Assembly (NCBI GenBank): GCA_964524325.1
Contig: CAZGCT010000001.1
Location: 172,164-236,163, forward strand
Source of the DNA: an uncultured Hyphomicrobiales bacterium
Lineage (GTDB): Bacteria > Bacteroidota > Ignavibacteria > Kapaibacteriales > UBA2268
Direction: 5' to 3'
DNA length: 64,000 bases
Below the pieces are notes generated by a model. The model did not search any database and was not told the DNA's origin. It was given only the letters and a program-made list of their open reading frames with translations. Each line of letters opens with the position of its first letter. Position 1 is the stretch's first letter. Position numbers and translations under genes: made by a program. Positions 30,724-40,534 of the stretch are shown one piece after another.

Positions 30724-31199
30724 CAAGCTTTTTTTACCATGCTACTTACTTGAAGTTAAACTCTATTTTTCAATTTTAGTTGAATATCTTTAATTTAGTT
30801 TTTTTTTCACATCAAAACTCTTTGAATATCAGCAAAGATGTTCATTTTTACCCATAATCCAAATTTTTTGAATTTATCATTTTTTTCATAAATATCCTAA
30901 AAGTATGGATAACTTTGTAATGTGGCCTATTTACACATATTACTATGGCTGAAATAATGGTAGGGAAAGAGAATTAAGCTCAAAACTCTTTGCTAAATTC
31001 CTTTTAATAAAACAATGTTAGGCTAAAGAAATAACAAAAAATAGGAAATATTAAAGAATCAAAAATTGGAAATTGGTCGGTTGGCAGCGTAGGTTTTAAA
31101 ATAATCACCACATTAGATTTTAAATGGGGGGAGGTTGGAATAATTAATCAATTAATTGCAGATTCATGTGAAATTTTTTTCTCAAAAATAAATGATAAA

Positions 31200-31241
31200 G
31201 AAGTGAACCAAGGTTAGTTCCTCAGTTCACTTCCTTTTTTT
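31200..31241 (+). terminator. bidirectional intrinsic terminator (GAAGTGAAC-16 nt-GTTCACTTC + T7) flanked by an A-run on the other side
   Basis: A 9-bp stem is followed by TTTTTTT on the plus strand. On the minus strand it lies directly after the lat stop and has a T-rich tail. Confidence 0.6.
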
Positions 31242-31258
31242 GAAAAAAAATCGAACTT

Positions 31259-32626
31259 TCAATTTTGACTTTTTTGGAGTTCAAAAAGTATTTTACGGAT
31301 AATTTCAATTCCATGGTCAATTTCCTGGTGTGTAATGCAAAGCGATGGCCTAAACCTTATAGATTTAATTCCGGAACCTAATATCAAAAGCCCATTGTTC
31401 TCAGCTATTTTGCGAAACTTGTTGCGTATTTCGTTTGATGGTAAATCGAAGGCACAAAATAATCCTCTTCCCCGAATGTTACTTACCCACCTTGGAAACT
31501 CTAGGCCCAACCCTTCTAACTTTTCCATTAAGTAAGTTCCCATTACTTGTACGTTTTCTAGTAGATTATCCTCCTCAATTATTTCAAGATATCGTGTGGC
31601 TCGGACCATGTCTACAAGATTACCGCCCCAAGTGGAGTTAATTCTGCTGGAAATCTTGAAAACATTTTCTTCGACTTCGTCTATTTTGCTTCCAACAAGT
31701 ATTCCACAAACTTGCATTTTCTTTCCAAAAGCCATGATATCTGGTTGAACGTTCATTTGTTCATGTGCCCACATTGTACCAGTAATTCCTACACCAGTTT
31801 GAATTTCATCGAAGATTAATAAGCAATCATTTTCATCGGCAAGTTGGCGAAGACTCTGCAGAAATTCGGGTCTAAAGTGATTGTCTCCCCCCTCTCCTTG
31901 AATTGGTTCGATAATAATTGCGGCTATATCATCTGGATTTTCCAAGAAGGCTTTCTTAATTTCTTCTTCTGCTTGCTTTTCCCACGCCAATGTTTGTTCT
32001 ACATTTTTGTCAATGAATGGAAATGACATTTTGGGGTTAATTATTCTTGGCCAATCGTTAAACTTCGGATAGTACTTTGTCTTGGTTGGATCTGTATTGG
32101 TTAAACTCATAGTGTAACCAGAGCGTCCATGAAAAGCTTCGCGAAAATGGATTATTTTGTGCCCCTTTTCTTGCTGAATACCTTTAAGAAAGTTTTTCCG
32201 TACCTTCCAGTCGAAAGCTGCTTTTAGAGCATTTTCGACTGCCAAGGCTCCACCTTCGATGAAAAAAACATATTTGAAATGTTTTGGAACAGCAGTTTTG
32301 AAAAAGGTTTTTACAAAGGTTGCCATCTCTTCAGTGTAAATATCTGAGTTTGATGGTTTGTTTATTGCTACAAATTTCAAATATTCCAGAAAATCTTCCT
32401 CTAACATCTTGGGGTGGTTAAGTCCCAAAGGCAAGGACGCAAAACAAGTAAATAAATCTAAGTACTTTTTCCCACTAATCTTGTCTACAAAGAATGATGG
32501 AGTACTTTCGGTCAAATCGGTTACAAAGTTGTAACCGTCGATAAGCATATGAGCTTTCAAAGTGCTTAGAACATTTGTACTTTCTACAAAATACTTTTGT
32601 TTGTAAGATAATGACAATTTGGACAT
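31259..32626 (-). CDS. lat: class-III PLP aminotransferase, L-lysine 6-transaminase-like
   Basis: The aminotransferase class-III fold is indicated by DEIQTGVGITG and the Lys region FGKKMQV. The length and N-terminus resemble L-lysine epsilon-aminotransferases. Confidence 0.55.
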   Translation of the reverse strand: MSKLSLSYKQKYFVESTNVLSTLKAHMLIDGYNFVTDLTESTPSFFVDKISGKKYLDLFTCFASLPLGLNHPKMLEEDFLEYLKFVAINKPSNSDIYTEEMATFVKTFFKTAVPKHFKYVFFIEGGALAVENALKAAFDWKVRKNFLKGIQQEKGHKIIHFREAFHGRSGYTMSLTNTDPTKTKYYPKFNDWPRIINPKMSFPFIDKNVEQTLAWEKQAEEEIKKAFLENPDDIAAIIIEPIQGEGGDNHFRPEFLQSLRQLADENDCLLIFDEIQTGVGITGTMWAHEQMNVQPDIMAFGKKMQVCGILVGSKIDEVEENVFKISSRINSTWGGNLVDMVRATRYLEIIEEDNLLENVQVMGTYLMEKLEGLGLEFPRWVSNIRGRGLFCAFDLPSNEIRNKFRKIAENNGLLILGSGIKSIRFRPSLCITHQEIDHGIEIIRKILFELQKSQN

Positions 32627-32719
32627 AGCATAACCTCCTAATTAAAAACCAATGACAATTTACAGGATATTAGAAAGAAGAGTAATAGGAAAGATTCAAG
32701 CAACAAAGAAGTAAAGATT

Positions 32720-32765
32720 TCAGAATGGAAAAAGAAAGAAAGGAGCCACCGCGAATGGTGCCTTT
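32720..32765 (-). terminator. imperfect 10-bp hairpin (GAAAGG-CACC / GGTGGCTCCTTTC) followed on the minus strand by TTTCTTTTTCC, about 100 nt upstream of the lat start
   Basis: Read from the sequence. It lies in an intergenic region with no upstream minus-strand gene, so it is either a leader attenuator or the 3' end of a small RNA. Confidence 0.3.
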
Positions 32766-33014
32766 CTCCAAATTCACATTTGCTTTAATTGTTTTTACTC
32801 GCATACACAAAATTAATGAATTTAAAGGAGAAAATTTGTCAATTTTAAAACTACAAAGCGGAATTTAAAAATTTGACAAAAAATTCATAAAAAAAATTAT
32901 TGCTCAATATTATTTATTTTTTAATTTTGTTTTTACATTTTAATTGTTACCTAACAAATTGATAGTTTTTGAAATTAGAAAAAAAGTATGTTTTTTAAAC
33001 TTTGAGGGATTTTA

Positions 33015-34376
33015 ATGACTGCAAAACCAAAAACTCGAAAAGCTTTGGGTACTCAACAACAAAAAAAGTTGGGACCGACACAAGTGATTATCTTTGTGGC
33101 TTTATTAGTATTTTTCTTTTTCGTCTGTTTCCGATATTTTATTCCTTGGGGAACCGCGCAGTTTGTTGTACCTTTGTTTAAACCAAGCGGTGACAAATTG
33201 GAAAAAATTGGTTTTGTAAAATTCCAAGACCTTGTTTGGGCATCTACCACTAAAGAAAAAGCCGAAGAAATTATAAAACATGGTTCGGTTGAAATCAGCA
33301 AGGATTTGATTAATAAGGAATTTATTTTTGATTTTACTTTTGAACCAAGAAACGAACGCGAGCACGGATATGTTAAAGAATCACTTCAATTCTTTGTGAA
33401 ATCCGAGGTAATAGGGGAAAATGCCATTATTTTGGACCCTGAGCTTGCCTTTTCAATTCTTGCATTGGACCTTGCTTTTCTTGTTACTATCTTTCTTACA
33501 ATGGTTTTTCCAACCAATTTTGGCTTTATGGCTTTGCTTTTCGACCGTCAAATAGATAATACTAAAACAAAGATTCGACTTCAAACTGGCTTTCCAGAAG
33601 AGGTTGTTGAACTTCTTGTTATGCCCGATGATATTTTGATTCAAAAAGATAGGGATGAAGTCGAAAAGGCATTTAGAATAGTGTGGGAAAGAACCATTGG
33701 CGAAGAAATGTCCTCTCCTCGTCAATCACTGCGTTTTGAAGATATTTTTGATGACACCACGGATGTAGTCAAGTTTAGAAATATCAATCTTTATAGTAGA
33801 ATAAAGGACTATTTCTCTGATTTCGTTTTGAAGGAAATTGAAGATACCAAAGACGGTTTGCTCTGGCGACGAAATCATTTCCTTGTTTTCAAAGGGTTGA
33901 GATTGTACATGGCACACCATTTTACCGAGAAATATTCCAACAATGTTACAGGTCTTGCCTATGGCGGTGCTGCATTTCTAATTGTTGCAGTTGGTATTCG
34001 AGGGTTGAAATTTATCCCCGCAACCAAACCCTCCTTTATTTTGCTTGCCATCTTTCTTGAATTTACCATGTTGGCTTTGCTGTCAATTACTTTGATTTAT
34101 ACAGAAGAAGAAGAACGAATGGACCGTATGTTGAAAAAAATGGAAGATGCAAACAAAAGCCAGTTGGAAGCTCTTCGCACCCAACAATACGATATCCATC
34201 AATTAACCACAGTCTTAATTGGACAATCTGCCGAAATTATCAAGTCCCGTGTTGAACGTGCTATTTCTGATTATCTTACAAGCGACGATCATGTCAAAAA
34301 GATGATAGCAGAAGAAATTAGCGAAAAAATTCTTATTGGGTTGAAAGAATCATTCTTAAGCGAAAAAGGAAAGTAA
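33015..34376 (+). CDS. hypothetical membrane protein with C-terminal coiled coil
   Basis: An N-terminal TM helix and internal hydrophobic helices are followed by a charged coiled-coil tail. Confidence 0.5.
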   Translation: MTAKPKTRKALGTQQQKKLGPTQVIIFVALLVFFFFVCFRYFIPWGTAQFVVPLFKPSGDKLEKIGFVKFQDLVWASTTKEKAEEIIKHGSVEISKDLINKEFIFDFTFEPRNEREHGYVKESLQFFVKSEVIGENAIILDPELAFSILALDLAFLVTIFLTMVFPTNFGFMALLFDRQIDNTKTKIRLQTGFPEEVVELLVMPDDILIQKDRDEVEKAFRIVWERTIGEEMSSPRQSLRFEDIFDDTTDVVKFRNINLYSRIKDYFSDFVLKEIEDTKDGLLWRRNHFLVFKGLRLYMAHHFTEKYSNNVTGLAYGGAAFLIVAVGIRGLKFIPATKPSFILLAIFLEFTMLALLSITLIYTEEEERMDRMLKKMEDANKSQLEALRTQQYDIHQLTTVLIGQSAEIIKSRVERAISDYLTSDDHVKKMIAEEISEKILIGLKESFLSEKGK

Positions 34377-34393
34377 AATTTTGAATTTTTTCT

Positions 34394-34426
34394 AAATGCC
34401 CACGTTTTCGTGGGCATTTTTTTTTT
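34394..34426 (+). terminator. intrinsic terminator AAATGCCCACG-TTTT-CGTGGGCATTT followed by T10
   Basis: A perfect 11-bp stem, a 4-nt loop and a long T-run lie immediately after the stop of the 33015-34376 gene. Confidence 0.8.
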
Positions 34427-34436
34427 GCCTAATTCC

Positions 34437-34784
34437 TTATTGAATGAATAATGATAAAATATCTTCAGGTTTAATATTGGCTTGTGCTTTAATGCCTTCT
34501 TCTTTGAATTTAGCCTTTTTTGTTTCTTCCAATTCTTTTAAAGCTTCCTCCAATGTTTGAATTTGCCTAAATCTACCTTGGCTAAGCGGATGATTATTGT
34601 CCAATTGGTTCTTATTCTCCAGATATTTTAGAGCAATATCGACAACACTTTTTTGCCAGTCGCTTAAATCCAAAATGTCCTTTTGCTCTTTGTATACAAT
34701 TGCAACAGACTCTTCTTTTCTAAATTGCTTAGATTTAATGTCTTCTACTTTGTTTAGCATGTTTTTGATTGAACGAATTTCCAT
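34437..34784 (-). CDS. hypothetical protein
   Basis: A 115-aa charged helical ORF. Confidence 0.4.
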   Translation of the reverse strand: MEIRSIKNMLNKVEDIKSKQFRKEESVAIVYKEQKDILDLSDWQKSVVDIALKYLENKNQLDNNHPLSQGRFRQIQTLEEALKELEETKKAKFKEEGIKAQANIKPEDILSLFIQ

Positions 34785-34917
34785 TTTTGCCCTCTTGTTT
34801 TTTCAAAATATTATTTGTATTTTGTTTTTGGTTTTTTTAATTTTTTTGAAAAATGAAATTCTTCAATTTTTATACCATAATTAAGAATTCAATTTGTCAA
34901 ATTGTTCGGGAGGGTTT

Positions 34918-35421
34918 ATGAAATTTTTATTACCAGTTCTTTTATTAGTCTTCTTGCTATCTTGTTCTACTTCAAATGACCAGTTATCGACGGAAGAAGA
35001 AGTTAGGGAAAAAGAGAAAGTTGTCGAAGTTTTGAAAGCCTACAATAAAGCCTATGAAAAGAAAAACTTCTCGGAAATGGTACGCTATCTTGCTAATGAT
35101 TTAACTTTTTTTGGTAGCGATTCAGGGGAAACCGTTAAATCTTTATCCGAATTTAAGGTAGCTATAGAAAAGCAGTGGGAAGATATGGATTCCTTGAAAT
35201 TTGGTAATATGCAAGATATTTACATTTTAATGGATTCAAGAGGAAGAATCGCCTCGGCAATTTATGGAATTCCTTTGAATATTTGGACTAACGGACAATA
35301 TGTTAACTTTTTCCTTCGTGTAGCAAGAACATTAAAGAAAGAAGGTGGAAACTGGGTGATTGCAAGCGGTATTACTGGAATTACTCGCCCATCGAAATCG
35401 GTAAAAGAATTGGTTGAATAA
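34918..35421 (+). CDS. lipoprotein with SnoaL/NTF2-like (DUF4440-type) fold
   Basis: The lipobox FLLSCS follows the signal peptide. The start is taken at the ATG preceded by a GGAGGG Shine-Dalgarno site. The rest is a KAYNKAYEKKNF-type NTF2-like region. Confidence 0.5.
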   Translation: MKFLLPVLLLVFLLSCSTSNDQLSTEEEVREKEKVVEVLKAYNKAYEKKNFSEMVRYLANDLTFFGSDSGETVKSLSEFKVAIEKQWEDMDSLKFGNMQDIYILMDSRGRIASAIYGIPLNIWTNGQYVNFFLRVARTLKKEGGNWVIASGITGITRPSKSVKELVE

Positions 35422-35596
35422 ATTACCTTGCTAAACTTCTTAAATTTTAAGCTATTTTACAAAAACTAAAGATTGAGGATTTAAGAGGTTTTCTTTTAAA
35501 TATCTCTAAATGTTGTACTTTTATTTTTTTAAACCAGTTTTCATTTAAGTAAAACTGGATTGATTATTAATATTTCTAGATTTGTTTTTGGGTATG

Positions 35597-36745
35597 CTAA
35601 TAAAAAAGGTAAAAGAAAACAAACCTTGTAGTTATTGAAGGAGCAAAACTTCTTTCTTTGGTTTTTTCATAAGTTTCGATTAAAAGCGAGGGAGTAAGAT
35701 AAATCTTTTCAATTGGTTTATAATTAAGGCAAAAAAGGAATAAATTCCTTTTGTCATTTTGGAAATCTCTAGAAATATTAGGATCAATTTGGTCGAACCT
35801 AAAAACAAAATTTACTTTTTTTGATAAATAAAATATCCCAAACAGGGAAATACCTAACATGTTTCTATTTAAATATTTCTTTTGAAGTGTATCGTAAAAC
35901 GAATTACGCACATAATTGTAAAAGTTTTCAACTCCAACTTTGAAAAGGTCTTTTTGGTGGAATGTAAAGAAAATTGAAACTAAGTCTTCATCCTTACTCA
36001 ATATTTGATTTGCTACAAATTTATCGGATATGGGTTTTTGATATTTATGGTAATAATTAATAAAAGCGTTGATGCTTTCGCTGGGTTTAAAAAAGAAATT
36101 CGAATACAAAGTTTTATGTCTATCTGTTTCGGGAGTATTGCCAGAACCATTTCCAAAAAGGAACCAGTAGTTAACAATTCCTTCTTTGTCTATCTTACCT
36201 TTTAAAGAAATTCCGAAATCTCTTGAGCTCGAAAAACCATATAAATCAATAATTGTTTTTTCAACATGTCGATTTTCCCATGAAAATTCCGAAATGTCGA
36301 ATGTTGGGGTTGGTTGTATTCCAATTGTCAAGTTCGAGCCTTGAAAAATATTTTTCCATTGAAGGTAGGCATCCTTTACAAAAACACCTATTTTTGAATT
36401 ACTTGTTAGGGTGAATTGGTCGGCTTCAAGCCTAAACCTGGATGAAAATTGATCAGAAATTTGGTAATCATATGTAAAGTAAATCCTTCTGAACTCGAAT
36501 CCGTTAAGGTCTTTAGCATCTTTATAATTTACGAATGGGAGTTGTGCGACGCTACTGTCTCGCATAATATTGTAGTAATAATCTCCAAACATATAACCCG
36601 AAAACCGACCTTTCTCAAGTATTTCTTGGGATTGTACTGAGTAAAATGAAAGAAAATTTACTATTAAAAGGATCTTCAAATTAAATAATCTGAATAGCTT
36701 GCCTTGCTTCATTCTAAATATTTTAAAAAACTCAAAATTAATCAA
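35597..36745 (-). CDS. outer-membrane beta-barrel protein (porin-like)
   Basis: A signal peptide and alternating aromatic beta-strand pattern are present. The C-terminal residue is aromatic (Y). Confidence 0.5.
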   Translation of the reverse strand: MINFEFFKIFRMKQGKLFRLFNLKILLIVNFLSFYSVQSQEILEKGRFSGYMFGDYYYNIMRDSSVAQLPFVNYKDAKDLNGFEFRRIYFTYDYQISDQFSSRFRLEADQFTLTSNSKIGVFVKDAYLQWKNIFQGSNLTIGIQPTPTFDISEFSWENRHVEKTIIDLYGFSSSRDFGISLKGKIDKEGIVNYWFLFGNGSGNTPETDRHKTLYSNFFFKPSESINAFINYYHKYQKPISDKFVANQILSKDEDLVSIFFTFHQKDLFKVGVENFYNYVRNSFYDTLQKKYLNRNMLGISLFGIFYLSKKVNFVFRFDQIDPNISRDFQNDKRNLFLFCLNYKPIEKIYLTPSLLIETYEKTKERSFAPSITTRFVFFYLFY

Positions 36746-37022
36746 AAGTTAACAATTCTACTTATTATAATAGTGATTGATAGGGTATACACTTTTTGTG
36801 ATACTGTAAACTTTTCAACAATTTAAACAATTTGATTATTAACAGTTTGGGAAAATAGGATCGAATTTTCATCTTAGTGACAAAGTAACTCCTAAGTTTT
36901 AAAATTTCGATAAATAGTTTTAAAATAATTTGGGGTGCAAATAATGATTTAAGTAACGAAAAGGAATGTTTTTATTTAATAAAGAAATAATGATTTTTAG
37001 AATTGATTTTCTTCTATTTCAA

Positions 37023-38192
37023 TTATTTGCATTTCCTAAGATTACGTGCTACAAAATTCTCAATTTTACTTACCAAATCTATAGTAAGCTTATCCGCAAT
37101 GAAATAACCTTCTGGGGTCAGTTTTATCAAATTATTATTTATTATGGCTTTGCCCATAGACTCCCAAGCCTCAAATATTTGACCGCAGATTTGGAACAAA
37201 TCAATTCCAAATTCTTGTTTGAACTCGAGTAGGGGAATCCCCTCAGATCTCAAGCCAAGCATAATTTTCTCAAGAATTCTTTTATTTGTATCAATGTGTT
37301 CGAAATTTTCTATTGGTAAGCGATTTGACTTAAGTAGGTTAAAATAATTGTTAAGGTTTCTTACATTCCAACTTCTTTTGTGGTTAAAGAAACTATGAGC
37401 GGATGGTCCAAAACCAAAATAATCTCCATATCTCCAGTAATTTAAATTGTGAAGTGATTTAAATCCAGATTTAGCAAAATTGGATACTTCATATTGAATG
37501 AAATTGTGTTCGCTAAGTGTTGAAGTTATAAACTTATATATTTCAAAATCTTGCTCTTCTGTTTTGGGGCAAATATTGCCTTTTAGGAGTTCATTATACA
37601 ATGGGGTTTTTTCTTCATAAATTAATGAATATGCAGAAATATGTTTGATGTCGTGTTTCAATAGTTCTTCTAAGGTTTTACTGATCGAAGCAATGGTCTG
37701 ATTAGGTATCGAGAAAATGATATCCACACTTACTTTTTCAAAAAAGTCTAATGCCATAGTGATGGCATCCATTGCTTCTTTTGCTGTGTGAATTCTATCT
37801 AAAAATGTTAGTTCTTCGGGGACTAATGATTGGACTCCTATGCTGATTCGGTTTATCCCGAGTGATTTGTAATCTGCCAATTTGTTGGTGAAGTTTGTTC
37901 CAGGATTGCATTCCACCGTAAATTCACTAATTTCATCAACATCGAAAAAATTTGAAATTGTGGAAATTATTTTATCAATTTGCTCTGGTTCCAAAAGGGA
38001 AGGAGTGCCTCCTCCAAAATAAAGAGTATGGACTTTTACTCTTCTCCCCAATTCATGATTAAAGTAAAGTTCAATTTCTCTTTGTAACCAAAATACAAAT
38101 TCTTCAATCTTGCGTTTATTTGTAATGGAGTAAAAGTCACAATATGAGCATTTTTTTTCGCAAAATGGGATGTGAAGGTAGATTCCTATCAT
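37023..38192 (-). CDS. hemW: radical SAM heme chaperone HemW (HemN-like, oxygen-independent coproporphyrinogen oxidase family)
   Basis: The radical-SAM motif in IYLHIPFCEKKCSYCDF and a HemN C-terminal domain are present. Confidence 0.8.
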   Translation of the reverse strand: MIGIYLHIPFCEKKCSYCDFYSITNKRKIEEFVFWLQREIELYFNHELGRRVKVHTLYFGGGTPSLLEPEQIDKIISTISNFFDVDEISEFTVECNPGTNFTNKLADYKSLGINRISIGVQSLVPEELTFLDRIHTAKEAMDAITMALDFFEKVSVDIIFSIPNQTIASISKTLEELLKHDIKHISAYSLIYEEKTPLYNELLKGNICPKTEEQDFEIYKFITSTLSEHNFIQYEVSNFAKSGFKSLHNLNYWRYGDYFGFGPSAHSFFNHKRSWNVRNLNNYFNLLKSNRLPIENFEHIDTNKRILEKIMLGLRSEGIPLLEFKQEFGIDLFQICGQIFEAWESMGKAIINNNLIKLTPEGYFIADKLTIDLVSKIENFVARNLRKCK

Positions 38193-38193
38193 T

Positions 38194-39405
38194 TTACGAA
38201 AGTTTGTATTGATTAATCTTTCGGTACAAGGTTCGCTCGCTTATTCCAAGGGCTTTTGCAGTTCTACGGCGATTTCCTTTAAATTTTCTTAGGGTATATG
38301 AAATAATTTCTTTCTCGATATTGGTTAAATTCAAATTATCTGGTAAAATATTTGGGAAACCATCATTATCGACAATATGATATGTTCCCGGCCTTAGTTC
38401 TGTAATATTCGAATTTACCGAATCCATCTTACTATTCAATTCGTTTAAAGCTTCTTTTACCAGGTCCACATCCTTTTTAATTTCAAGTAAAGTTCTAAAA
38501 ATGATTTCTAAGCCTAGTTGGGTTTCTTTTCCGGAAGGAACATAAAGTAAAGATGTTTCCTTAGGTTGTTCAATTCTTACATGGGGTGGTAGTGCTGGTG
38601 GAAGGTACCTTTTTAAAACCTCAAGGGTTATATACCCAGTTTTTTCAAGTTTTAATATAGTTTCTATGAGATTTTTTAATTCCCTAATATTTCCAGGCCA
38701 TTGCAATCCACGAAGGATATTCAAAGCTTCCAACGATACCCCTTGAAAAGAGATCCCAAGTTGCGAACAAGTTTTTTGGGCAAAAAAATCGACCAGAATT
38801 GGAATATCCTCTGGACGTTCACGTAATGGAGGAAGAATAATATGCAAATTTTTTAGTCTGTAAAACAAGTCTTGTCTGAAAGTCCCTTTGTATATTTCCT
38901 CTTCAAGCTTTTTATTTGTAGCAGCAATCACTCGTACTTCAACCTTCCTGACTTCAGTTGAACCTAGTCGATTGAATTCCCCTGATTCAAGTACACGAAG
39001 TAATTTAACCTGCGTTCCGACGGGCATTTCTCCAATTTCGTCCAAGAAAATTGTTCCGCGATTTGCTACTTCGAAATATCCTTTTCTTTGTTCGTAAGCT
39101 CCGGTAAAGGCACCCTTTTCGTGTCCAAAAAGTTCGGACTCTAGCAATGTTTCAGGTATTGCGCCACAATTAACACTTATGAAAGGAAATTTTCTTCTTT
39201 TGCTAAGTTGATGAATGGCGTTGGCGACTACTTCTTTTCCAGTTCCAGTTTCACCCGTGATTAAAACATTAAGGTCCGTGGGGGCAACTTTAAGAATGGT
39301 ACGGAAGATGTCAAGAATTTTTTCAGATACACCAACAAGTCCATATTTGTTTTCTAGTAATTCAAGAGTGGCTTTATTAATTATTATTTCTTCATTCATT
39401 GGCAT
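38194..39405 (-). CDS. sigma-54-dependent transcriptional activator lacking an N-terminal sensor domain (PspF-like)
   Basis: The AAA+ domain starts at about residue 20 (GETGTGKE). The GAFTGA motif is present. A C-terminal Fis-type HTH reads RTAKALGISERTLYRKI. Confidence 0.85.
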   Translation of the reverse strand: MPMNEEIIINKATLELLENKYGLVGVSEKILDIFRTILKVAPTDLNVLITGETGTGKEVVANAIHQLSKRRKFPFISVNCGAIPETLLESELFGHEKGAFTGAYEQRKGYFEVANRGTIFLDEIGEMPVGTQVKLLRVLESGEFNRLGSTEVRKVEVRVIAATNKKLEEEIYKGTFRQDLFYRLKNLHIILPPLRERPEDIPILVDFFAQKTCSQLGISFQGVSLEALNILRGLQWPGNIRELKNLIETILKLEKTGYITLEVLKRYLPPALPPHVRIEQPKETSLLYVPSGKETQLGLEIIFRTLLEIKKDVDLVKEALNELNSKMDSVNSNITELRPGTYHIVDNDGFPNILPDNLNLTNIEKEIISYTLRKFKGNRRRTAKALGISERTLYRKINQYKLS

Positions 39406-40054
39406 TCTTTCTTAACTTTGTCCATTCATCCCAACCACCGGGATAAATAAAAACATTTTTGTAACCGAGGTGAATTAAATCGTACGAAACTTTGTGGCTT
39501 GCGTCGCAAGAACCTCCTTCGCAATAGACAATAATTACTTTTTGTGGGTCTATTGGCAAAGTTGCTATCTTTTGGAAATACAAGTTTAGGTCCTGCTCGT
39601 AGGCAAAGATATTTATAGCTTTGCCAATATGGGCTTTATTGTACTCATCTGGTGAACGTGCATCAATTAGTATGAGATTTGGAGACTCAAGGTATTTAAT
39701 TAATTGATTGTAGGTAACAATGGGAATTTCATCTGAACGTTTTTGAGGATTGATTTTATCAACTTGCTTTTGTTCTATTTGGGTTGCTTTCTTTGCTTTC
39801 GTTGTATCCTTTAAAGTAAAAGTAGCTGTGTCTAATTTTTTTATATCTTCTTTGCTTGCAGTTTCTTTTGGGGGTACATTCGAAATTGTATCAGAAAGAA
39901 GTTTTTCTAATATTGTGTCCGAAACTATTGCTGGTTTCTTAAATAAAATAATTCCAGACGGGTTTAAATAGTTGTAAATTACAGCAACGAAAGAAGTTAA
40001 GCCTAAAATAAAAAGAGCTTCTCTGGAAATTTGTTTCCAATCTATTTTGCGCAT
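39392..40054 (-). CDS. membrane-anchored rhodanese-domain protein
   Basis: An N-terminal TM helix is followed by a rhodanese fold (LIDARSPDEY). The active-site loop is VYCEGGSCD. The gene overlaps the activator gene by 14 nt. Confidence 0.7.
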   Translation of the reverse strand: MRKIDWKQISREALFILGLTSFVAVIYNYLNPSGIILFKKPAIVSDTILEKLLSDTISNVPPKETASKEDIKKLDTATFTLKDTTKAKKATQIEQKQVDKINPQKRSDEIPIVTYNQLIKYLESPNLILIDARSPDEYNKAHIGKAINIFAYEQDLNLYFQKIATLPIDPQKVIIVYCEGGSCDASHKVSYDLIHLGYKNVFIYPGGWDEWTKLRKNANE

Positions 40055-40055
40055 A

Positions 40056-40442
40056 TTAAAATCCTCTTTCTTTTTTAATTAATTCAAAAGCAAAGTTAAT
40101 TTCTTGAATTTTATGCGTTGCAAAATTGCGAATTTCTTGCCCAAGATTTTGGACAAAGTCCGGGTGATACTCTTTAACTTTTCTTTTATAAGCCATTTTA
40201 ATTTCATCTATTGTAGAATTTCGGTCTATACCAAGAATTTGATAAGCTTCGTTAAGGGAAATGTTATTTATGTTCTTTTCAAAGTTCCGATAAAATGAAC
40301 TTGTTTTCTTCCATTCATTCTCAATTTCTTGTTTTAAAGCATCATCTTCTTCAAGAGGAAGTTCATAATGTCGATATTCAAATTCTTTATCGGTTAAATT
40401 CGACTTGATAATCTTCCAAATTCTTCCAAAAATTTGCGACAT
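40056..40442 (-). CDS. J-domain protein
   Basis: A C-terminal J domain with an HPD motif (KEYHPDFVQNL) is present. Confidence 0.6.
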   Translation of the reverse strand: MSQIFGRIWKIIKSNLTDKEFEYRHYELPLEEDDALKQEIENEWKKTSSFYRNFEKNINNISLNEAYQILGIDRNSTIDEIKMAYKRKVKEYHPDFVQNLGQEIRNFATHKIQEINFAFELIKKERGF

Positions 40443-40534
40443 TTCAAATTTTTTAAAAAAAATTAAACGAACAAGAAATAGATTTATGACAAGGAATATA
40501 AAGGTTAAGACAAATTGACATATTGAATAAATTA

